Origin: Candidatus Cloacimonadota bacterium
Lineage (GTDB): Bacteria > Cloacimonadota > Cloacimonadia > Cloacimonadales > Cloacimonadaceae
Length of the DNA: 43,289 nt
Direction: 5' to 3'
NCBI GenBank assembly: GCA_017995405.1
Contig: JAGOIY010000003.1
Span: forward strand, 1-43,289
Below, one piece after another: positions 15,119 through 22,475 of this stretch; the first letter of the stretch is position 1; every line of letters starts with the position of its first letter. The translations under genes and the position numbers were made by a program. Under the pieces are notes generated by a model. That model had not been told where the DNA came from and made no database searches. It saw only the letters and a list, made by a program, of their open reading frames with translations.

Positions 15119-17245
15119 TCACTCTCCCAGTTTATACTGCCGGTAAGCTCTGTCGATGCTCTTGTAGGTCGAGCTTGTCTTGGTGGCAGAGAATATGTAG
15201 TTAGCCAGGAAAAACACATCGGCTCCCAACGTGACATAGTAGTATTTTTTCAGTTGATTGTAGCGGTCCCGAAAACTCTGTGCTTCACTGGGACTCATAG
15301 TATTCATGTAGTCGTTGTAATTGTTTTCGGCAAAGTAATATGTGACTGCCGCGGCGGCTGTGGTTCCCAGAATGGCCAACACCGAGCTGTTGCGATACAG
15401 CTTCCAGGCACCCAGTTTTCTCAGCATGGCTTTGTCGATTGGGTCCAGTTTGAGCTCAGGCATTTCAGACAGGCGATTGGGCTTGACTTCCACTTTAAAA
15501 CTGCGGGGAATGTAGCCCCATCGGTCAGCTTGCAGCACATATCCACCCGAGTAGAGAGTCATGGAATTCTTGTATTTGATCTCTGATTTGCTGCGGTCGT
15601 CCACCAGGGTGACGCTGATTTCAGGATCGACCTTCTTGATTTTAAACTGACCGGAAGATATCTTGTCGAGCTTGACGAAGACGTTGTTGTCTATACTGTT
15701 AGAGAGCTTGACACTTTTCGAGACCGGGAAGTAGTCCTTGAGCTCAACACTGATCAAGTATTCACCAGGAGGATACCTGCCAATCAGTGGATCCACCGTC
15801 AGTGGTGTAACCCCCAATTTCATGCCGTTGAGCGAGACGACAGCCCCGCTGGGTTCGGAAGTCACCGTAATCCCGCAGTAGTTTGAAAACAGCTTGGTTT
15901 TGATTTTTTTTCCGGAGACATCTGGCCTGATATCCATTTTTTGGGTGACGTGGTCCGGTTTGCTGATCGTGATTGAATAAGTCTTATCTGTGTCGCTGGC
16001 AAAGATATAGTTACCGAAAGTGATGTTATCCGGAAATCCTGATATGTTGATGGAAGCTGAACTGTCGCAGGAAAGCTCGGTCCACAGCTTGTAGAGCGAG
16101 GAACCTACATCCCGGAAGCTGAAGTGGATATCTATCGTTTCGCCGATGGAAACACCCACCTGGCGGCTCAAAATTCCCTTTGAACCCACAAAATCCACCT
16201 GATGGATTCCAGGCGCCAGATCGCGCTTTGAAATCTGCAGGATGGCCGTGATCGTCTCCACAAACACGCCATCCACATACACCGATCCAGAGTCGTCTGC
16301 GGTCATGCGGAAGGCTCCCGCCCGCGTTTCAAGTTCCAGAGAGGGGGGCGGCACATAAGCTGGAGGTCTGGTTTGTTGTGGAGTAATCGGTACCGCATCC
16401 TGTTTGAGTGCGAACACAAAATCGCCTTTGTCCAAAGCAATGTTGGCAATCTTGCCATATTTGGGATGCTGGCCACCCCCGGAATAGTTGACCACCTCGT
16501 TTTCCAGATAGAATCCTAATTCCTCGCCGGTGATATAGTTGTCTTTGTTGGTATCGGCGTAGCCTTTGCTGAGCCCGTCCACCAAAGTGGCGCGAAAAAT
16601 ACTCTGGTCCGGAACGGTTTCTTCCGCGGCGCCGGCAGTGATGAACTGGCGCACATCTTCCTTGGTTTTCTGAGAGATAATCTGAGGAGCGGCCCTGCGA
16701 GTGGTGAACACCGTGCCGGAAAAACAGCTGTCAAAAAACATCAGCACATGCTTGGACTGGATCAATTCTGCGAATTCGTTTACCCGGGTCATGGATATGG
16801 CTTTAGACCTGAAGCCGCTGGGATTCCCTTGCAGCATGGGAGTGTCGACAGGCAGGATATATCCCAGTTCTCTGCCTCCCGCCATCCTTTCCGTTTCTCC
16901 GTGACCGGCAAAATAAAAGAGCAGAGCGCGCTCGCGGTCTTTGCCATATTCATCGACCATCTCGTTGAAGAGGGTGATCATATCCGAGCTCTTGAGGTTG
17001 AATTTCTTGATTACCCTGATCCCTAAGCCCTCAAATGTCTCGGCGATGGCTTCCACGTCCTTGATCGCTCCCGGGAGCTTGCGATAGTATTGGTAATCGC
17101 TGTTACCTATAACAATAGCCACATATTCAGAGTACAATTGAACGCTCTCTCCAGTGGGCATCTTGATCGAAATGCCGCCAAACAGAGAGCCGCACAAGCA
17201 AATAATTAGTAATGCCAGCGCTGATGTCTTCACCTTTCCTCCCAT
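15119..17245 (-). CDS. Exported caspase-family (peptidase C14) protein with an EF-hand-like loop, PEGA/Ig-like modules and a C-terminal TM hairpin
   Basis: The N-terminus is signal-like (KTSALALLIICLCGSLFGG). Dyad motifs are LLFYFAGHGE (His115) and VLMFFDSCFSG (Cys174). Other elements are DTNKDNYITGEE (231-242) and the PEGA signature VTSEPSGAVVSLNGMKLGVTPL. Two hydrophobic helices lie at aa 621-640 and 668-687. Confidence 0.8.
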   Translation of the reverse strand: MGGKVKTSALALLIICLCGSLFGGISIKMPTGESVQLYSEYVAIVIGNSDYQYYRKLPGAIKDVEAIAETFEGLGIRVIKKFNLKSSDMITLFNEMVDEYGKDRERALLFYFAGHGETERMAGGRELGYILPVDTPMLQGNPSGFRSKAISMTRVNEFAELIQSKHVLMFFDSCFSGTVFTTRRAAPQIISQKTKEDVRQFITAGAAEETVPDQSIFRATLVDGLSKGYADTNKDNYITGEELGFYLENEVVNYSGGGQHPKYGKIANIALDKGDFVFALKQDAVPITPQQTRPPAYVPPPSLELETRAGAFRMTADDSGSVYVDGVFVETITAILQISKRDLAPGIHQVDFVGSKGILSRQVGVSIGETIDIHFSFRDVGSSLYKLWTELSCDSSASINISGFPDNITFGNYIFASDTDKTYSITISKPDHVTQKMDIRPDVSGKKIKTKLFSNYCGITVTSEPSGAVVSLNGMKLGVTPLTVDPLIGRYPPGEYLISVELKDYFPVSKSVKLSNSIDNNVFVKLDKISSGQFKIKKVDPEISVTLVDDRSKSEIKYKNSMTLYSGGYVLQADRWGYIPRSFKVEVKPNRLSEMPELKLDPIDKAMLRKLGAWKLYRNSSVLAILGTTAAAAVTYYFAENNYNDYMNTMSPSEAQSFRDRYNQLKKYYYVTLGADVFFLANYIFSATKTSSTYKSIDRAYRQYKLGE

Positions 17246-17518
17246 CAGTATGTGCTCTTAAGCTTTTTTAAAACAGCCGTTTAACCTGATCGACGGCGCC
17301 AATTACCAGTCAAGCGACTGCCTTCCAATCACGCTATAAATCTAATGCGCGCACTGTGAACTGCCTGCGCGATTCTGTCAACATATTTCTTTGCGGAATT
17401 GAGGCGATAAACTTGGAGCAGAAAAGATTATATATTTATCACTGGCTGAATGGCATGCTTATCTTGCAAAAACTGAAGCGGATGTGATGAATGATCTTCC
17501 ACAGGAATAAAATGAATG

Positions 17519-17675
17519 GTTTGTGGAAGCAGCGCGCGCAATTGGATATAGCTTCCCAAGCAGTATCACTCCTGTTCGCTCCAGGCTCCCCCAGGGCATC
17601 CCCAAGGTCCTTGGGGATGCCTTGGACCAGACTGGGCGGGGCAAGAGCGCCATGAGTAAGGGCGCTTCCAGAGTG
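17519..17675. repeat. Copy B of the palindrome-centred intergenic element (inverted relative to copy A)
   Basis: Its reverse complement shares ordered blocks with 145-290: GTAAGGGCG (17656-17664), TGGGGATGCCTTGG (17612-17625), CATCCCC (17597-17603), GCTCCCCC (17585-17592) and GTTTGTGGAAG (17519-17529). It contains a perfect 13+13 palindrome at 17595-17621 and side hairpins at 17496-17503/17522-17529 and GAGCGCC/GGCGCTT (17645-17651/17661-17667). Confidence 0.6.
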
Positions 17676-17680
17676 GAAAC

Positions 17681-17706
17681 AAAAAAAGCCCCTCGGTTGA
17701 GGGGCT
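17681..17706 (-). terminator. Rho-independent terminator of cobB
   Basis: The minus strand reads AGCCCCUC-AACC-GAGGGGCUUUUUUU, 12 nt after the TAA at 17718-17720. Confidence 0.8.
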
Positions 17707-17717
17707 TCTACAGATGC

Positions 17718-18437
17718 TTATGTCAATATACGCAGCCATTTATCCACGAGGCCAGGCAGGATGTCACCTGCCTTGCCCTGATGGAATTCATCGATAAAGG
17801 AGCTGTTATGAGGCGGATCGAGATTGACCGCCACGGTTTTGGCACCGAAATATCTGGCAGTCATCACGAATCCGGCGGCGGGATAGACCGTTCCACTGGT
17901 TCCCACGATCAGAAAGAGATCGCTCTTTTTGAGAAGCTGCTCTATCCTCCCAAGCTGGTAGGGAATTTCACCAAACCACACAATATCAGGCCTCAGCAGC
18001 ATTTCACAAGCGCTGCAGTAGGGGAGAGGGTTATCGAGATCTATTTCGGCGGTTTGATGGATCTTGCCGCAGCCGGTGCAGAAACAGCGGTGCAGGCTGC
18101 CGTGCATCTCGATAAGGTTCTTGTTGCCAGCGTCTTCATGCAGGCCGTCCACGTTCTGCGTGACCAGCCAGAAGCGGTCTCCAAGGGCCTCCTCCATCCT
18201 TTTCAAAGCCAGGTGGCCTGGATTGGGCTGAGTTTCAAGCGCTTGACGAAAGCGTTGCCGGTAAAAACTCCACACCAGTTGAGGGTCGTTTTGAAACCCT
18301 TCCGGTGAGGCGACATCCTCAACCCGATGGTCTTCCCAAAGGCCTCCAGCATCGCGAAAGGTGCGGATTCCGCTTTCCGCGCTGATTCCGGCTCCGGTGA
18401 GCACCAGGACGCGAGATTGAGTATCAAGATGCTTCAT
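17718..18437 (-). CDS. cobB: NAD-dependent protein deacylase (sirtuin, CobB type)
   Basis: Motifs present are GAGISAESGIRTFRD, QNVDGLHE and HGS. The Zn ribbon is CTGCG...CSAC. The 239-aa size is typical of bacterial CobB. Confidence 0.85.
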   Translation of the reverse strand: MKHLDTQSRVLVLTGAGISAESGIRTFRDAGGLWEDHRVEDVASPEGFQNDPQLVWSFYRQRFRQALETQPNPGHLALKRMEEALGDRFWLVTQNVDGLHEDAGNKNLIEMHGSLHRCFCTGCGKIHQTAEIDLDNPLPYCSACEMLLRPDIVWFGEIPYQLGRIEQLLKKSDLFLIVGTSGTVYPAAGFVMTARYFGAKTVAVNLDPPHNSSFIDEFHQGKAGDILPGLVDKWLRILT

Positions 18438-18476
18438 GGTTTAAAGACTGCGGCCCAAGAGCTTTGGATTCCCAGC

Positions 18477-18517
18477 AGAAAGAATCCGGAGGGTCAGATC
18501 AATATCCGAGCCTCCGG
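18477..18517 (-). terminator. Terminator-like extended hairpin after the C25 peptidase gene
   Basis: The minus strand reads CCGGAGGC-UCGGAU-AUUG-AUCUGA-CCCUCCGG followed by AUUCUUUCU, 46 nt downstream of the TGA at 18563-18565. Confidence 0.6.
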
Positions 18518-18562
18518 TTTCATTACAAGCAAACGTATACTCTTGCTGCTCCAGCAATGGGA

Positions 18563-21500
18563 TCACTTCATCAACATCATCTTACGGGTTTTGAGCTCGG
18601 TTCCGCTTCTCAGCTTGTAGAGATACACCCCGCTGGCGACACTGCGTCCCGCGTTGTCCAAACCGTTCCATACAACACTATGCTGCCCTTTGGCAAGCTC
18701 GCCGCTGACCAGGGTCTTCACTCTCTGGCCTTTGAGGTTGAAGATCGCGAGTTCCACCTCGCCAGAGGCGGGAACGCTGAAACTGATGGTGGTGCTGGGG
18801 TTGAAGGGGTTGGGATAGTTGGCGTTCAAATCGAAACGGAGAGGTGAGACTGCGGGGTCTGAGTTGTCCACATATTCAGATTCCACTCTGATGTCGTCCA
18901 CATACCAGCCTTCGCCTGTAACGGCTCCATCTGTTCCAAACAGGAAGCGGAATCGAGCGTTGCCGGAATAGCTGGAGAGATCGAAAGTGGCTTCTGTCCA
19001 GGCGAAAGAACCAGACCAGCAATTGGTGTTGGCGGCAAAAGGCGAGGCATTGTTTTGATAAATGCGATGAGTGTATCCGCCCACGGGAGAGATTTGAATC
19101 CATTCTCCGCCATCGATACTCATCTGCACCAGTCCACCGTCCCAAGCATAAGTTGGAGTGCTGTGAGCCTCGGCATCCATCCAGTGGGAGAATTTCAGCA
19201 TGCTGTTCATTCCCAGCATAAATTCCGGAGAATCAAGAGCTCCCAAAGCGCTGTTGCCATACTGACCGGAACCGGAACCACCGAATTTCATGGAGTAACT
19301 GCCACCGGGGGTGTTGTTGCGATAAGTGGAACGATGCCACTGGTTTACGAAGCCAGGGTTGGGGGCGGATGAATTCCAGCCGAGCATGTCGGCTTCAAAG
19401 CTGTAACTCAGCATACCGAGATGGATGATAATGTTTCCCTCCACGGAAGGCCCGTTTTCAGCGCTGAGGATATAACCAATCGTGATGTTGGAACCCAATT
19501 CCATTGTTTCCGGGATTTGAGCGCTAAACGCTGCAGTGGCAGTGGATTGTCCTTCAGCAGGTACGGGTGGGAGCGTGACTTCGAAGTTGGAGAGATTGAC
19601 GCTGGGCGTGTCGCAAAAGAGGATCATGAAAGGCGTGTAGGCGTTTCCGCTGCCCTGATTGGCGAGGCTGATGCTGATGGCTGGCGTCTGGCCAGGATAG
19701 ATGATCGGGGTGGGATTCACAAACTGATAGGAGGTGATCGCCAGATTGGGGGCGTTCAGAGTGAGCAATTGTGTATTGGTGGAGCTGTAGCCGTCAAAAT
19801 CGGTTACGAAGCTGAGCGTGACGGTGCTGCCATCCTCATAATTACCTCTGATGCCGATCTGGAAGGCGTCTGTGATCACGATTGAATCTCCAGCTGCGAT
19901 GGCGTTGAAAGAGATGGGGTCTGACAGGACCTGGATGTTGGGAGACGCGCAAGTCAAAGTAACGGTGCCGCTGGCGGTTTGATCGAGGCTTCCCAGGTTT
20001 TTGAGCACGAAGCTCAGATTCAGGTTTTCACCGGTATGTAAGAGGCCATCGGCATCGTTGTGGGTGGCGTTGATGGCTACCACATACGGCATCTGACTGG
20101 CCTGAACGTTGATCAGGTTTTGATAGGGATAGAAATTGGGGGCAGTGATGTAGATCTCATATTGTCCAGGTGTAAGTCCTTGCAAGAAGCTTACATACAC
20201 TTGGCCAGAAGCGTCCGCGGAGCCTTCAAAGATAATAGTGCTTCCAGATTTGATCCTGAGATTGGCATAAGGAGCGTTGGTGGGTATCTGGTATCCGAGG
20301 ATGGACATACTCCACATCGGTGGCATCTGGGCGACGATCTGCTGAGGAGTGTCTGACCAAACGCTGAGGGCAGGATCGCCAATCAGATTGGTTTCATATG
20401 TCACCCAGTACATCACAGGCTGGTTTGTGATGAAGGGAATGTTGTCTATCTTGCTGTCCACCAGCGTGAAGCCCAGATCGTGAATGTTTTCGCCAAAAAT
20501 GGCGTCGATATATTGGCGGTGCAGATACTGGGAAGCCCCATCCGTGGAACCCTGCATGCCCCATCCGTAGCGTGAGTGGGCTATCATAGAGGCCGCGGAG
20601 GTGGCGATGCCGGTGAATTTTTCTGCTATACAATCGGTGGTGTAGCTGCCGGGGTTTGTGTTGCGGTTGTCAAAAGCGCCGGCGTAGCAACCTTGGGTGA
20701 AATAGAGGGAGAAATTGTGGTTGGCACCGTTGTTGGAGATCGAAGTGGCGGTCACTTGATTGTTTGAAAGCCTCATGGCGTAAGTAGTATTGGAGTGGCC
20801 GAGGTGGTTCACGAGATTGGCGCCCTGAGACAACATGGGCCGAATCTCAGAGGGACCCCAGGCTTCAGAATAGCCGTAGGTGCGATCGTATAATGTGCTG
20901 ATGTTCCAGGAGGTTGGCACTCCCACGGTGGTATAACCATGGGTGGAAGCTCCCCCTATCATCTCGTCCATATAGTCTCCACCCCAGGTGGGACCGTCCC
21001 AAAGCCATTCACCTGTGAAGAAAGCAGTTTTGGTTTCAGCTTCAACGGGGGCAACGTGATACATCATGATCTTGTTGATCTGGTTGGCGATCTCGGTATC
21101 GTTGTTATAGCAGATTCTCCCAAGCGCCAGCTCTGGAGCGAGGTCAGCTTCATACTGCTCTCCCCAGTTGGCGTCGCCGTCATTGTTCCAATTTCCGTCC
21201 AGGCAGGCGTAATACATATCAGCGGGGATATCGGCATCCGTTTGCTGGCCGCCGGTAAAGTTCACATAGAAGCCACGATGGGGGATCATATCTGTGTCCG
21301 CAGCCAGTAAAACATAGCGCAGGGAATTGGTCTGATACATCTGGATGATGTAGTTGCGGATCTTGTCCTGGCTGTCCTGTCCCGCTGTTTGAGAGAGAAT
21401 TTCCTGCACCGGCTTCATCATCACGTTCAAGCCGCGTTGGGAGTAAAAATCTGCCAGGGGAAGCCATTGATCGTACTTGGCGCTGTCTATGATAATAAGG

Positions 21501-22141
21501 TACTCCACTCCGCTGGTGCGGGTCTGATAGCGTGGCAGGGCGTCCTGGTTGTTGATCGCATTTTTAAGGCTCTGAGTGGTAAATTCGTTTTGTTTCAGAA
21601 GTTCCAGAGCGGCAGTTGATTTGGCGCTGGGAGCGCTCTCCACCGTCACTGTTACCGAGGCGTAGAAAATCAGCTCGTGGCGTGCGGGGTAGTACTCAAA
21701 GGGGCATACGGCACTGAAGTTGATTGGATGTCCGGCGAGGAAATGCGTGTTGACACCGTTGTGCGGCTGGGTGGGCCAGACAGTATCGGACCCGTAAATG
21801 GCAGGATTCGGTCCCACCGGTGCCGGCAAATCCGTCTGCGAAAAGGGGTATTGAGCGGGGATGGGCTTCAGGGGCTTGTCAAGCGTATAAATCTGAGGTT
21901 GAGCCAGCTTGACGCTGATTGAGACGGCTTCTTCGCCCACGGGAAGCAGAATTTTGGTGCCAAGCCATGGCAACGCGGGATCGCCAGGCTCGCCATATAG
22001 CTGACCGCCAGCAAGTTCTATAACGCTGACATTGGCTTCCGTCTTTATTGCTGGGAACGCGGGACGGAGTTCCAGACTGGTCGCTGCGGTCAGGAGGGCA
22101 ACGACACACACCAGAATAATCACACTAAGAGTTCGCTTCAT
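18563..22141 (-). CDS. Gingipain-type cysteine peptidase (family C25) with Ig-like modules, a jelly-roll (MAM/choice-of-anchor-J-like) domain and a T9SS C-terminal sorting domain
   Basis: 1192 aa with a signal peptide. The C25 core includes YLIIIDSAKYDQWLPLADFYSQRGLNV, with candidate His in NHLGHSN and candidate Cys in YFTQGCYAGAFD. The jelly-roll domain ends in GEGWYVDDIRVE. The Por tail is NYPNPFNPSTTISFS...IFNLKGQRVKTL...GVYLYKL...RKMMLMK. Confidence 0.8.
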   Translation of the reverse strand: MKRTLSVIILVCVVALLTAATSLELRPAFPAIKTEANVSVIELAGGQLYGEPGDPALPWLGTKILLPVGEEAVSISVKLAQPQIYTLDKPLKPIPAQYPFSQTDLPAPVGPNPAIYGSDTVWPTQPHNGVNTHFLAGHPINFSAVCPFEYYPARHELIFYASVTVTVESAPSAKSTAALELLKQNEFTTQSLKNAINNQDALPRYQTRTSGVEYLIIIDSAKYDQWLPLADFYSQRGLNVMMKPVQEILSQTAGQDSQDKIRNYIIQMYQTNSLRYVLLAADTDMIPHRGFYVNFTGGQQTDADIPADMYYACLDGNWNNDGDANWGEQYEADLAPELALGRICYNNDTEIANQINKIMMYHVAPVEAETKTAFFTGEWLWDGPTWGGDYMDEMIGGASTHGYTTVGVPTSWNISTLYDRTYGYSEAWGPSEIRPMLSQGANLVNHLGHSNTTYAMRLSNNQVTATSISNNGANHNFSLYFTQGCYAGAFDNRNTNPGSYTTDCIAEKFTGIATSAASMIAHSRYGWGMQGSTDGASQYLHRQYIDAIFGENIHDLGFTLVDSKIDNIPFITNQPVMYWVTYETNLIGDPALSVWSDTPQQIVAQMPPMWSMSILGYQIPTNAPYANLRIKSGSTIIFEGSADASGQVYVSFLQGLTPGQYEIYITAPNFYPYQNLINVQASQMPYVVAINATHNDADGLLHTGENLNLSFVLKNLGSLDQTASGTVTLTCASPNIQVLSDPISFNAIAAGDSIVITDAFQIGIRGNYEDGSTVTLSFVTDFDGYSSTNTQLLTLNAPNLAITSYQFVNPTPIIYPGQTPAISISLANQGSGNAYTPFMILFCDTPSVNLSNFEVTLPPVPAEGQSTATAAFSAQIPETMELGSNITIGYILSAENGPSVEGNIIIHLGMLSYSFEADMLGWNSSAPNPGFVNQWHRSTYRNNTPGGSYSMKFGGSGSGQYGNSALGALDSPEFMLGMNSMLKFSHWMDAEAHSTPTYAWDGGLVQMSIDGGEWIQISPVGGYTHRIYQNNASPFAANTNCWSGSFAWTEATFDLSSYSGNARFRFLFGTDGAVTGEGWYVDDIRVESEYVDNSDPAVSPLRFDLNANYPNPFNPSTTISFSVPASGEVELAIFNLKGQRVKTLVSGELAKGQHSVVWNGLDNAGRSVASGVYLYKLRSGTELKTRKMMLMK

Positions 22142-22258
22142 TGAGCACCTACTTTACAAGTATTAAATGTTTTAAAGAATCGATGCAAGGTCTGTTCCAC
22201 ATTTGGATGATTCTGTGGCAGGTATATCCGGGAGTGCTGGAGTGGAGTATGTTTCCCT

Positions 22259-22296
22259 CAGATTACGCAGATTTATACGCAGATTACGCAGATTTT
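22259..22296. repeat. Tandem 9-nt repeat (ACGCAGATT-type) in the C25 upstream region
   Basis: The sequence is CAGATT ACGCAGATT TAT ACGCAGATT ACGCAGATT TT. Exact ACGCAGATT copies lie at 22265-22273, 22277-22285 and 22286-22294. Confidence 0.8.
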
Positions 22297-22371
22297 GATA
22301 TGGTTGAAAGCTTGAGAAGGCAGGTGATCTAAACCTTTTAAAAAAAATACCTTTTACATAATACCTAAAAA

Positions 22372-22414
22372 CCTTTCTCTGTGCCTTTCTCTGTGCCCTT
22401 TGTGTCCTCTGTGG
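22372..22414. repeat. Tandem 12-nt repeat (CCTTTCTCTGTG x2 plus degenerate copies)
   Basis: Exact copies lie at 22372-22383 and 22384-22395. Degenerate copies CCCTTTGTGT and CCTCTGTGG follow. The repeats generate the spurious low-complexity ORFs at 22172-22462(-) and 22141-22332(+). Confidence 0.8.
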
Positions 22415-22475
22415 TGAGAAAGAAAACCTCTGTATCTCTGCAGTTAATCCCTGAAACCCCAATACATTAAAACCC

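Noticed and set aside
17718-18437. The SIR2-family gene as an anti-phage NADase (Thoeris/DSR/SIR2-HerA-type defence).
   Set aside because: It has the compact 239-aa CobB layout with the Zn-ribbon cysteines and the GAGISAESGIxTFR, QNVDGLH and HGS deacylase motifs. It has its own terminator and no partner genes (no ThsB/TIR, HerA or pAgo nearby).
22141-22462. ORFs 22141-22332(+) and 22172-22462(-) in the C25 upstream region.
   Set aside because: Their sequences are simply translations of the tandem 9- and 12-nt DNA repeats (NLRNLRINLRNLR, QRTQRAQRKAQRK). They are better explained as non-coding repeats.
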